DNA of 63,511 bases, the filler included, from Bigelowiella natans CCMP2755 (Eukaryota > Protista > Cercozoa), in NCBI GenBank assembly GCA_000320545.1. It is 8 parts of 8 records of this genome, joined end to end, with 100 filler letters (N's around TTAATTAATTAA, not from the genome) between each part and the next. Parts side by side here need not be neighbours in the genome. Positions count along the whole stretch, not along the records: positions 1 to 21,122 come from ADNK01003015.1; 7 more parts are not named here. One strand, given 5' to 3'. The notes beneath the pieces are model-generated. The model ran no database searches. It saw only the letters and a list, made by a program, of their open reading frames with translations, and was not told the origin of the DNA. Positions within the stretch are counted from its first letter, which is position 1. Every line of letters starts with the position of its first letter. Shown piece by piece: positions 1-10,764 of the stretch. The position numbers were made by a program, and so were the translations under genes.

Positions 1-662
1 ATACTTAGCAAGTGTCCGCTGGCTGTGTATGCTATAAGAACACCAACCTTCAGGATCCCAATAAAGGAGATTCACACGTGCAGGATGATCTTTTGAAGAG
101 CTGCTGGGCTGCAATTCTTTATACTTTCGGGAATGCTTGTTGGTTGCGAAATACACCCTTTCCAACTGAAAACAGTGGTGTTAATTCACGCCCCAGGCTA
201 CAATGCACTCACATTTTTAGATAATCGAAATATAATTACTAGGTACCTCCTCAGCTTTGGTAATATTCGTGGGTTTTGGGAAGATTATGCGGCTATTTAT
301 GTCTTGGCTGAGTACACACATATATACAATATTTACAGAAATTATAACGCGGGTACAAAACCGATTTGCATTCGCAGGGAAAGTCATTTTGATTATGATG
401 GCCACGTCACAGCATGAGGCTCAATGAGCTCTTCTTTTCCTGCACCTTGTTCTGCTGAAGGTTGCCAAAGTGGCATACTTTGCAATATCCATCGTTGCCC
501 TTATCTCTCGAATATATGTGTCAATAGATTCGACCCCCCACTCCTGATTAAACAAGGTTGAGTTTCACAGGCACTAATCTCTCCAAAACAGTGTCAAACC
601 GTCTTTGTTCCCATTGAAGATATCACGGATAACGAAAGGAGGAAAAGGATAGCAGCCCGCAT
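1..662 (-). CDS. Pyridoxamine 5'-phosphate oxidase-like (FMN-binding split-barrel) protein with signal peptide; 3' part runs off the window
   Basis: Hand-spliced exons read MRAAILFLLSLSVISSMGTKT / EWGVESIDTYIREIRATMDIAKYATLATFSRT / QDINSRIIFPKPTNITKAEE / LERVYFATNKHSRKYKELQ...RVNLLYWDPE. ATLAT, SRII and FATNKHSRK are typical of the PNPOx-like family. Confidence 0.75.
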
Positions 663-982
663 TGTTTCTTCGCTTTTCGGTTGCCTGCTATCGTCGAGAA
701 GACCGACCGACCGAGCGACCGACGAGGAGATGAAAAACACAGAAGAGTCGAGCTGTCCTCTCCCCTCCCACAGGCTTTCAATTTGTGATGATTAATGATG
801 ATGATTAAGATGATGATGATGGAAATACTTCATGTCGTATGATGACGATACCATGGCATTTATACATGAATTATTCATAAAATCCTTGTCGCAGGAATAA
901 AACGAGATGAGACAAGTATATACCTCGATAGAGCACGAAGTAAATAACCACCCCCCACCATTTCGAGCAGCTTGACGACAGA

Positions 983-1980
983 ATGCCTTCCGCTCTCTCC
1001 CTCAGCTGTCTTATCCTCATCGTGTCGTGTGTGAAAGCTATTAAGCCTCTAATTGGAAATCACAGCCAGTCGGTAAAGTATAAGCCAGTTCTCCTCATGC
1101 ACGGCATCGACGGAACGTGCAAGGACTTCGAACATGTGATTCCTTGGTTGCAGAAGAGTCACCCAGGCACATTAACGTAATGAAAGGACGAAGAAGAAGT
1201 TCATAAGAGTAATGCTCTATGCACGCATGATTTGATATGAATTAATTAATGCAGGTATTGCATTCCAAAGTTTGAAGGAACTCCCATGAGTTGGATAGCT
1301 CTCCCTTTGCAGGTAGTAAGTAGTAGCTGTACAATCAACCTTGTAATGCATTTATCCAGATCTACATAATATATAGCACGATTGTATAAATATGATACTA
1401 CTACTACTACTGTTGCAAACAGATTCCCAGCATCATTAAAAACATCACCAATTATATTGCTCAAAACCCTGCTGATTTTGAAGATGGCTATCACCTTGTC
1501 TGTCATTCACAAGGAGGTCTCATTTGCCGAGGTAGCACTACGAGCTCCCTCCCCCATTTTGATGATTCGTTGAAAAGGTTCAGCTCCGAACGACGTGAAA
1601 TGGACAAAATAATACACGTTTATGGATCATTTTTTTAATGTTTGTACGTGGCTGAATACCTCTCCCCTCTTCTTAACCATTCTACTCGTCCTCCTCAGCC
1701 ATCACAGAAATGATGGACGACCACAAGATCCACACCTTAGTGAGGTATAGTAACTTTTGATATCTTAATTAGTATTTGAATCATCATGATGTAGTCACAT
1801 ATTGATGCTCGAATAACTGATGTTTGGTGTTGATGGGTGGTATTGTTAGCTTGGCTGGCCCTCAGCTTGGAGGTAGGTTCCTTGGTTGGTTGTTCAACAT
1901 GATGATTACTACTACTACTACCATACTACTGCTATTACTATCACGATGATCATTTACATTTCTACTCGTAACCAACGATC

Positions 1981-2018
<38 letters not shown>

Positions 2019-3690
2019 TTCTGCTCTGAAATCATGACTTTATTTCAATCATTATTGCATGGTCCTCGTTCTCATCACTTCACCACAGTATGGGGAAAGG
2101 ACTTCTTTAACGGCATTCGTATTCCAATATTCGAGAATCTAACAAGGTCAGGATTTACTAGCTACTCTTAATTTGCTTTTAGCCCATAGCAGAAGTTGAT
2201 TTCTCAATCAATCTCCAATAATCAATGTTCACGTCGTTTTCCATGGTTAGGGATCAAATATACCGTCTTGCTTACTTGCCTGAAGCTCAGGCAACATTAT
2301 CAGTAGCGAATATGTACGTGAATCATAATAATAATAATAATAATAATCATCATCATCATCATTTCTTTCTCTTGGTGCTAGTTTGTATGTTCTGCAATGC
2401 CTCCTTTCTGCCTATGAAAAGTAGTATTGACGAGCATGCCACTTATGCTACCAAACACCTTTTTCAATATAGTTCTTCGTAATGTACATGTAGGTGGAAC
2501 GATCCTGCTCACTTCTCGTTATACGAAGAAAGTAGTAAAAACGTGTGCGTGAAAGGGGAATGAAATGAGCCAAATTAACGATGATTCTCTCTCGTACAAA
2601 GTCGCCTATTTGTTGATTAATTTGTTGGTCAGAAAATACATTTCTACCGTACATCAATGGTGAGAAGGAGGATGCTCAAAGGCTGAAAGGTGCTATTATT
2701 TTATGTTATCATCATCATCAGCAGCAGCAGCATCATCATCGATTTCTTCATCATTGTACAATACCGATCATCTCATCATTGGCTATCTTAAGTTGAAGAT
2801 ATCATCAGCAAATTTCTTAAAGCTGCAAAAAGCTGTATTTTTGGTCGGAAGCTTCAACGATACTGGGTATTTTATTAAGAAATCAATTGTGTTTTATATA
2901 TATCCACTACTTTCCGCAAGCTTCTGGATTAGATAGATGATGATGAAAAACAAACACCGGTTGGAAACACAGTTTGTTATTTTTCTCAATTTTATGATCT
3001 GATTTCGAAAACGGTAGTGGTAAATCTGCAACTCGCCCAGCAACAGCTACTGGTTGTGCGGTGAATATTATCATCAGCAGCAGCATCATGATCATTATCG
3101 TCATCTTGTTTATTCCAGATACGATGGAGGAATCGAGCCTTGGCAGTCAGGCGTATGGGGGTAGTAGTAGTAGTACCGCATTTCAATCCATTCTCTCACT
3201 CTAGCTAGCTAGCTACTGCTGGTGCTGCTCTTGAGGAAGATGTGACTGACTCATCGGTTTATCAGTTACGTTGATGGTTCCGGCAAAGAAGTTCAGATGG
3301 AGCATCTTTCTATTTTCGTAAATGTCAGTATTAGATTACACGATGAATACCACCTCATCACCCGTAATATGTCAGTAGAAGTTATATGAATTGCACCTCA
3401 TCAACCCTGATAATAATTATCATCTTTCATCATAAACAACATGCTGTTCCATCATTCACCCGTCATCATCGATCTTCACCACCAATTTCTTAATAATATA
3501 TCCAAAGGATACGTTTGGATTGCGGACACTCAATGAGACTGGAAGGCTAAAAGTTCAGCGTGTTTCAAGTGATAATACTTTACAAACTTACTTACACACA
3601 CGCATTTTCAATATATATTGATATTAATATACAAAATACTAATATAATATTCGAAGTATATAAAAGCGTTTGTGCACCAACAATACTACA

Positions 3691-3745
<55 letters not shown>

Positions 3746-3880
3746 GCGAGTGTGTGTGTGTGTGTGTGTGTGCGCGCGAATACATGACGAGCTTGTTTAT
3801 TATCATCAGGAGCAGGCCATGATTCATGGGTTGAGGATGAAACCACTTTCAACACCTACATACTGCCACATCTTATCTGA
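983..3880 (+). CDS. Lysosomal palmitoyl-protein thioesterase (PPT1/PPT2 family), multi-exon
   Basis: Signal peptide, then KPVLLMHGI, nucleophile motif CHSQGGLICR, LVSLAGPQLG, SVANMWNDP, FLPYIN, YDGGIEPW, DTFGLRTLN and C-terminal GHDSWV...ILPHLI* (TGA ends at 3880). Confidence 0.92.
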
Positions 3881-3889
3881 TTCTACTTG

Positions 3890-4655
3890 CTAGTTTATTG
3901 CCTGGTCGACTACTCGCTATTGCAACACATATGCGCTTACACACATTTATTCTAAAATGATGCGTTATTTCCTTCAAGTAATAACATCAAAGCGTCTAGA
4001 TTCTTAACTTGCTCTGTTTACGGCGCACACGTGTCATATGTATTCACACATTTAGATAGTACACATGCTAGCATGTATGTGCATGATGTAGGCCTGGGCA
4101 CATACAGTGAGCTGCTGTAAACTTATACATTGCTCGATCGATCAATATGTACATGGCGTACGTTGCTAGATACGATTGACTCTAGGACTTGCCATTTAAA
4201 TATGAGCACGCATTAAAGATTATTCATGCATGTGCGTTACATATGTTAGCGTCGCCGCATGCACGCGCTAGAACGCAACTGGCGCATGCATGTATGTATA
4301 AGATTATTTGGCAGCGCAGTGTACGTCAAATGTAAATTGACATCATCATACTATAGATACAGGTATGTTGCATAGTCAAAATCTGGGCTCCAACCCGACG
4401 ATGCTGCGCGTTGAACTAATGCGATTCGAGTTGCATGTGAAGTCAGCAACGCTGCGTGACAGTCGACAACGTCGTACGCACGCGCACGACTAGCTAGATA
4501 GACCTAGAGACAGAGCGGGCGTACAATGCATCTGCAATGCATGCGCAGCTTACGTAGCGTACACGTGCACCGAGCATGTGCTTATAGATGTAGCGTCCTA
4601 GCGGCCGAAAACATGATAGCATTGCTCAACGAATGGCTCGATAAATCTAGAAATG
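3890..4655. other. Purine-pyrimidine-alternating, CATG/TGCA/CTAG-rich tract in a convergent intergenic region
   Basis: Examples: gcatgtatgtgcatg, acgcgcacgactagctagatagacctag, atgcatctgcaatgcatgcgc. No credible ORF. Confidence 0.6.
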
Positions 4656-4658
4656 TAC

Positions 4659-4983
4659 GTTAATTTGGCTCATTTCATTCCCCTTTCACGCACAAGTTTT
4701 TTATACTACTTTCTTCGTACAAGGAGAAGTGAGCAGGATCATTCCACCTACATGTACATTACGAAGAACTGTATTGAAAAACTTCTTTGGAAGCATAAAT
4801 TGCATGCTCGTCAATACTACTTTTCATAGGCAGAAAGGAGGTAAAAAAGATGGTATATTTGATCCCTAACCATGGAAAATGACGTGAACATTGATTATTG
4901 GAGATTGATTGAGAAATCAACTTCTGCTATGGGCTAAAAGCAAATTAAGAGTAGCTAATAAATCCTGACCTTGTTAGATTCTG
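4659..4983 (-). pseudogene. Inverted genomic copy of an internal PPT fragment (source about 2133-2579, lacking about 2276-2400)
   Basis: The reverse complement of 4841-4980 matches 2136-2275, and that of 4659-4840 matches 2401-2579, with few mismatches. Intron sequence is included. Confidence 0.93.
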
Positions 4984-5060
4984 GAACATTGGTATTGTTG
5001 TGATGACAATGCAAAATGATACGATACCACACTGTAGGCGTAGGCTGCAAACTCTTTCAC

Positions 5061-6566
5061 CTACCTAGTATTTTTTTCTAGCATGATCCAGGTGCTCAAT
5101 GTATCCTCATGAAGTTTCCTGCCCTCTCTCCCATGCCTTAAAAACCGATTTGGATCATCACCCACATGCACCATATTGTATCCATTTTCCTTCGCAGCCC
5201 TAAACACACTTCTCAAAACGTCCTGCTCTCTATCGAATAGGGATCTCCCGCTAGGATCTGCTCTAGTTAATGTGAAGCCGATAGCTATTTTTTCATATAC
5301 TTTTGGACGGTGGGGGTTAAAAATAGCTTCAACCATTGAGATGACAGGTCCACTCTGCCCACCGCACCCGTCAAAATAATACCCCAGGAACGGGATTTTC
5401 GAAAACGGAGGAGTCCGGAGTGCAGTCTGCGCGTCTGCAGTGACAACATTGAGAAGCCCATGCTGATTTTTAAGTAAATTAGATGTTTCAGGGAACAAAT
5501 TGGCCACAAACATGCTCTCATCACTGAAGCCAGCTGTTCGAAACGCTTGGGTAGTTGCCGCATCTGAGCCGTCGAGGTAGAAAACTTTAGCACCATGTGC
5601 ATGATTAGAATTGGTCTTTGGGAGAGTGCTTGTGATATAGTGCACTAAGTCTATGAATATGTAATTTTGGAGCGACTTGAAGCTTCTGTGGGCGTCTGAG
5701 AATTCTGAAGTATTGTATGTATCACCTCTGGAGAGCAGGCCTTTGAGTTTCTTATTTGAAACTATCGATCGTGTACCAGGATCAATTGAGACCAACTCGT
5801 TAATGTTATTTTCCCGAGCAATAGCTTTCTTTCTGTGGTATTTTCGGAGCCCTTTCCTAATTTTTCCAGGCGGAGTGACGAGGGCTTGCCAGTGTGATAC
5901 AAACAGTCGAACAGTGTGCACCAGCTTTGGCATTGCAGCAATGCATAGTACGGATAGACCGAAGCGGGAAAGAAATGGTTGATTAGTGAGGAGTGCTATG
6001 GTGGCTATAAATTGTAACATCGCTGATGCTCGTTCCATGCGAAATTTTGGGCTAGGGGTGGATTCGCTGTGTTTGGCCAGAAATTGGCTGAGGTAGAGAA
6101 GGGCGGTGTTTTGAGATATGATGACTGATGAAATCACTGTTACGAAGAAGCTTTGGGTTGAAATTGCTATAAGGGATGTGGATTCTAGCATTGACTTCGC
6201 GATTCTATCGATCGGCGGTTCGTAGGTACTCCTTCTCTGAGCCCAGCGTGGTGGAAATGCGTGGCTCACAATTGATGCACAAAGAAAAGTAATTGGTCTC
6301 AAGGGCGATTTTGAAAGCAGAACCAAAGAGAGATACGTTGTTGCCAGAAGTTTGCATGCAGGCACCATTTGCCCACATAGCCTTGCCTCCCTTCCTTCTG
6401 TAGCAGACTCTGATCTGACAGCCCTCGGCGAGTAGGAGGGATGCTGAGAGTTGAAACCAAAGGCCGGTGTACTTGTCGCTGGCTGCTGGCTGGCCAAAAA
6501 TGGGCCAAACTGAACTCGTGCTCGTGGTACAGTCAAAATTTGGGGGGTGGACAAGGTTAGAATCAT
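5061..6566 (-). CDS. Intronless ORF: hydrophobic N-terminal half plus C-terminal class I SAM-dependent methyltransferase-like Rossmann domain
   Basis: 501-aa uninterrupted ORF. The strand order VFYLDG / MFVAN / NVVTAD / GYYFDGCG / IAIGFTLT / YNMVHV / TWIMLE fits a 7-stranded MTase fold. Several hydrophobic segments lie in aa ~70-225. Confidence 0.6.
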   Translation of the reverse strand: MILTLSTPQILTVPRARVQFGPFLASQQPATSTPAFGFNSQHPSYSPRAVRSESATEGREARLCGQMVPACKLLATTYLSLVLLSKSPLRPITFLCASIVSHAFPPRWAQRRSTYEPPIDRIAKSMLESTSLIAISTQSFFVTVISSVIISQNTALLYLSQFLAKHSESTPSPKFRMERASAMLQFIATIALLTNQPFLSRFGLSVLCIAAMPKLVHTVRLFVSHWQALVTPPGKIRKGLRKYHRKKAIARENNINELVSIDPGTRSIVSNKKLKGLLSRGDTYNTSEFSDAHRSFKSLQNYIFIDLVHYITSTLPKTNSNHAHGAKVFYLDGSDAATTQAFRTAGFSDESMFVANLFPETSNLLKNQHGLLNVVTADAQTALRTPPFSKIPFLGYYFDGCGGQSGPVISMVEAIFNPHRPKVYEKIAIGFTLTRADPSGRSLFDREQDVLRSVFRAAKENGYNMVHVGDDPNRFLRHGREGRKLHEDTLSTWIMLEKNTR

Positions 6567-6880
6567 CAGATGAAGGGTTACACCTGTGGGATTTGTGGGT
6601 GATATAGCTTGTTTTCAATCAAAAACGCTCGCTGAGAAGGCTGACTCAACAACTAATCAGATAATTTGCTGATAGAAGCACGAGCTGATGAATGAAAACA
6701 TTGACGCTCGATCAGTCCAAACAGCAGCTGATGAAGGCGATGAAGCCGATGCAAGCACGGGTGGCCTCCACTTGGGAAAAAAGATATCCGTTGCTCCAGC
6801 AGTTGTCCACTTGTTTTGTTCCTGCGACAACACAGATGATGATTTCTAATTTCTAGATTTCTAGAATTGAATTGTCTAGC

Positions 6881-7532
6881 TGTGAACGAACGCCCTGGTT
6901 TCGTTGTCATGCGACATCAGGTCGGTCGTCGCAGAAGCTCTCACCTGTCTAGCTGTCCATCAAACCCGATGCCCGGGCTAAGAGCCACAGGCCAGCTTCC
7001 AGACTCTTTGAACGCCATCTAGATGAGTGGCATGATTATTCAGGTGTGCTGCTGAAACTTCAGTTTCGTGCTGGGACTTGCGAAACTGAAGAACTCAGGG
7101 CCAAAGTCCACAACTTGCCCCCCTCATCCTCGATTTGCCCTCTTTGTGGCTGTAGCGCGTACCACTACGCGGGCACAAGTCACGTGCGACAACAAAGGGG
7201 TTGTCGCGGATATAGAATATAGATAACGTAGATATTAATACAGCATAGGCACGTGGGTTCCGGCGGGACTCATGGCAGCACACCGGAAGTGTGCTGCCCC
7301 ACGTGCGGCGGCATTCGCGAAAGCTTCGCGAATGATTACGCAGTGCACGATTTAATAAAAATATAATCTTTAATAAAAATAAACACAACTCTTCAAAAGG
7401 AAGCAAACGTGCCTTTCCCCCCCCCTGCCTACTTGTGCACGTAGCGCCTCGGCCTGTGAACACCTTACGCGCAACATGGCGCTGGAGCTGTTCAAAGTGT
7501 CAACCACCTCATTCATCATTGTGCTCACTTGA
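6881..7532 (+). mobile_element. Degenerate non-LTR retrotransposon (LINE) ORF2 C-terminal/zinc-knuckle relic, interrupted at 7159-7447
   Basis: The frame from 6881 reads CERTPWFRCHATSGRSSQKLSPV*LSIKP...FERHLDEWHDYSGVLLKLQFRAGTCETEELRAKVH...ICPLCGC. This matches the W..KL..Y..IK / E.YL / R.G / CP.C pattern of LINE ORF2 ends. Removing the insert restores SASACEHLTRNMALE in frame. Confidence 0.6.
7152..7447. mobile_element. Non-autonomous hairpin-rich element with 7-bp terminal direct repeats and asymmetric subterminal inverted repeats
   Basis: GTAGCGC at 7152-7158 and 7441-7447; GCACAAGT 7173-7180 / ACTTGTGC 7431-7438; four internal hairpins; AT-rich core. Confidence 0.55.
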
Positions 7533-8225
7533 GTGTTGTGGAGCCCTGCTAGCCTGGCACTTGCTCATGCTTGTTTGCCGACCTTGCTAGCTCCATGCTA
7601 GCATGGAGCTTGTGAGAACACTGACGATGCGAGGTCTAGCGAGGTCTGGAGGTCTCCTGGCTGCACGCACGCGCGTGCGCACACACGTGTCACGCACAAC
7701 AACGTGTGTTTTTGCAATTTCGCGTTTCGATGCCAAGAGCGCATGGCACATGGCGCTGCGGCAAATGTGCATTGCATGCTGTGTGCTAGTGCGCACGGTC
7801 GTCCACGCATGCAGTGCTAGAGTGTGGCCGCCCGTCCAAACAAATTTGTTCAATTTTGCGCTCTCCATGGCTCTGACGCTGCGCATGAGACAACACACAC
7901 GGCTAGACGGGCAGCGCATGCATGTGCAGAATGTGTCGCACAAGCGTGCAGCTCATGCTAGCATGGCATCTAGCTCATGTGTGCGCGCACTCTAGCACTG
8001 CTGTGCTCAGGTGCATGCAAGAGATGAAGAGTCCTAGTTTGTAGTGGGCGAAAACATGCGATGACATGATGTCCGCGAAGAGGTTGCAAACAAGATCGCA
8101 CGCAGCAGCAATGTCTCTGATGCCCCAAGTGCGACGGTCTAGCAGCATGTTTTTAGATCATCGAAAAATTTGTCGAAATGTCATGCAAACTCTTCGCGAA
8201 CAACAGCAAGGCTTTCTTCGTTCAA
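7469..8225. other. TpA-depleted tract in which surviving TpA is almost exclusively CTAG
   Basis: Manual count for 7469-8041: 11 TA dinucleotides, all in CTAG. The next three are GTAG, CTAG and TTAG. Confidence 0.9.
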
Positions 8226-8276
8226 ATACCATCACACTTCGAACATGACAGAACTAAGAAGTCCCGCCTATTAAGT

Positions 8277-10714
8277 TCATTTATTAGCATCTAATTGAGC
8301 TTGTAACTTTTTGATCATAGCTGCCTGTTCTTTCATAGCCTTTGTCTGCACGGTCTTTGAAGCAGTGTTTTTAACCATCTTGACACGGGTGGCGTAGTTG
8401 AGAGCATTTATTGTTTCATCTGCGTTGTAAGCCGACGGTGACACATTGACAAACATAAGGGTCTTTGCATTGCCTCCCAACGAGTCGGACATAAGGTTAG
8501 TGAGCACGTGCGAACGATAGGGCACGTGCTTGGACCCTGTGGAGAGTGCGGCGATGACGTTGCCAAGAGCAGATAACGACTGGTTGATGCTTTGGGCCTC
8601 TTTCAGCTGCTGTGCATTCGCTCCGGTCTTCGATGCGCGCTCACACCCAGCAAGGTCAACAAGAGACAACTTGCCGGTTGTCGAAACGCCAGACCTTTTG
8701 TTTGTGTTACATACTAGAATAGAGAGAATCAGGTGAGATCTTGAAGAGCCTGCATTCATTTTAGTGGAGGACGTCACACGCTTTTTGTTTCCTTCGTCAA
8801 GAATCATCATCAATTCTTTTGCGTCCTTGGCTTTCCTTATGACAGCATTTTGGACCTCTACGGTGCCCTGAGCATTTTTACTGATCTTGAGCTTTGGCTT
8901 CTTGCTCGATGTGTTGAGGAGATCCTGGAGAGCGGACTTATACAACTCTACCATGTAGCACGTGACTTCAGTGTTATATGTGTGACTGCCTTTCGCCACA
9001 CATTCAAACAAAGTCTCGATTGCTCTGGGTGCAATACCGGGATTCTTCGGTTCCCCGTACATAGTATAAGTCTTTCCTGTCCCCGTTTGCCCGTATGCAA
9101 AGATGCACACGTTGTATCCATCATACGCGCTCTGGATCAGATTCGATGTATTTTCGTAGACTATAGCCTGTGGAGAGGTGGGCCCGAAAACTTCATCAAA
9201 ACTGAAAACTTTCTTGTTGTCTCTTCCTCTAGCTTGCCAACGCACTCCAATAGTAAACTTATCGTCAGCTTTCGAAGCCAATTCGTCCCCGCGCTTTGTC
9301 TCACTTTTGCTCATAGGACGAATACGACAGTACACGCGGATCTTACCCTTCATGTCTTCAATCATGTTGTGGTATTTGATTCTCAGTAGGCGCTCCTCTT
9401 TAAATGCCTCCTGTGCACGCATAGTTTTCGCTTGCAACTTCTTCACCTGGAAGTGGGTTTACTAGATTAGTTCAGTGCTAAGGCATGGCTGATCTGCGTA
9501 TCAATATACCTTATCTTCCATTTCCGCTTTGAGCTCCTTTGTCTTCCTCACTTCGAAAGCCCTCATATCCTTCTTATGGTCTTCCTGGACACGAGCAAGC
9601 TTCTTTCGCTCAATTTCAAGCATATCCTCCATCTTAGACTCTCTTTCTTCTAGCTGAGCAGACATTTCCTCAAGACCCTTCTTAGCCTGAATGAACGTAA
9701 GAGTTACATCATTTTTATTCATCAAATGCTCAGTGTTTGTGTAGTTTTATGGTAGTAAACCTCTTCCATCTGCACCATATATCCGCTGACTTTTGCCTCC
9801 ATAGTACCCCGCGCCCCTTCCAGCTTTTCTTCCATTTCGCTCAGATTTTTTTCCAGTTCCTTGATCTTTTGCTCCAAGCTTTCGTTCTCTTCTTTCAGCT
9901 TTGCTTCCCTGGTTTTCGCCGCGCTTTTCTCTTTGTTGAGTTCTGAGATTTTTGACTGTAGTTCGGCCGTCACTTCCTTGTTGTTCGCTTTGGAATTGAG
10001 CATTCCTTCTAGTTCCTTCACACGTGCCGCCAAACTCCTTTTTTGCTCCTGATAAAACAGCAACGTGGATGCTCTGATACTAGACAGCGAGAGATGGAAA
10101 TTATGGGGATGGCAGTCATTAGATGAGGGAAATCGTTCTTTGAAAAACATTCGAATATTATCTTTGTATTCAATAATATGAAGTGCTCTATTTCTAAAAT
10201 AATTCATAGAATGGTGGTGAAATTGACCTCTGCAAGATTGAGTGTGCTCTGCAACTTCTTCGCTTCTTTGGAACTAGAGTTACCCTTTAAATTAGCCTGA
10301 GTATGCATACACAAACACAAGGTCATGCAATTTGTTCGTAAACCGTTGCTTTTCCTTCAACCTTTTCTAATTTAGCAATTTTATCCAAAAGAGCTTGCTT
10401 TTCTTTGCGGTCCATGGCTGAAGCTGTTGCAGAAGCCAGAGGATTGGAAATTGAAGAAGTTGATCCTAGGGGGGGGGGGGATAAAGGAGATAATGTATGA
10501 CTGTTTGTTTAAATCTATATCTCCGTTATTGGTAGCATCATACCTCCAGCTGATTTGAGCATTGCAGATATCTCTGCTTTTTGCTGCGCGAATAGGATTT
10601 CCATTTTCGTCTGCATATTTTGTAACCCTGAGTAGTAGTAAGAGAAATCTTATTTGTGGTGCTAATGCGATGCATGAAAAAGCTATGGAAGAAACGATAA
10701 TCAACAATTTTACT

Positions 10715-10764
<50 letters not shown>

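Noticed and set aside
3639-3893. ORFs with YIYIYI / CVCVCV / THTHTH runs throughout the ORF track
   Set aside because: Translations of intronic (TA)n and (CA)n microsatellites.
4362-4435. tRNA-like sequence around ctgggctccaacccga
   Set aside because: The loop and stem geometry is wrong, and there is no TTC-containing T-arm or acceptor stem.
6680-6760. Hammerhead ribozyme cores (CTGATGA at about 6685 and 6728)
   Set aside because: The required GAAA after stem II and the flanking stems I/III are absent.
7152-7447. RNase P/MRP or telomerase RNA
   Set aside because: A loose P4-like pairing can be drawn on the minus strand, but P3 and the CR-IV/CR-V consensus are missing and there is no telomeric template. 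Insertion into a LINE frame favours a mobile element.
7587-7995. His/Cys/Arg-rich ORFs on both strands (also 47395-48503 and 32798-33198)
   Set aside because: By-products of TpA depletion, which removes TAA stops and Tyr codons; no domain signature.
8530-9465. Plus-strand ORFs overlapping the kinesin motor
   Set aside because: Antisense shadows of a conserved coding exon.
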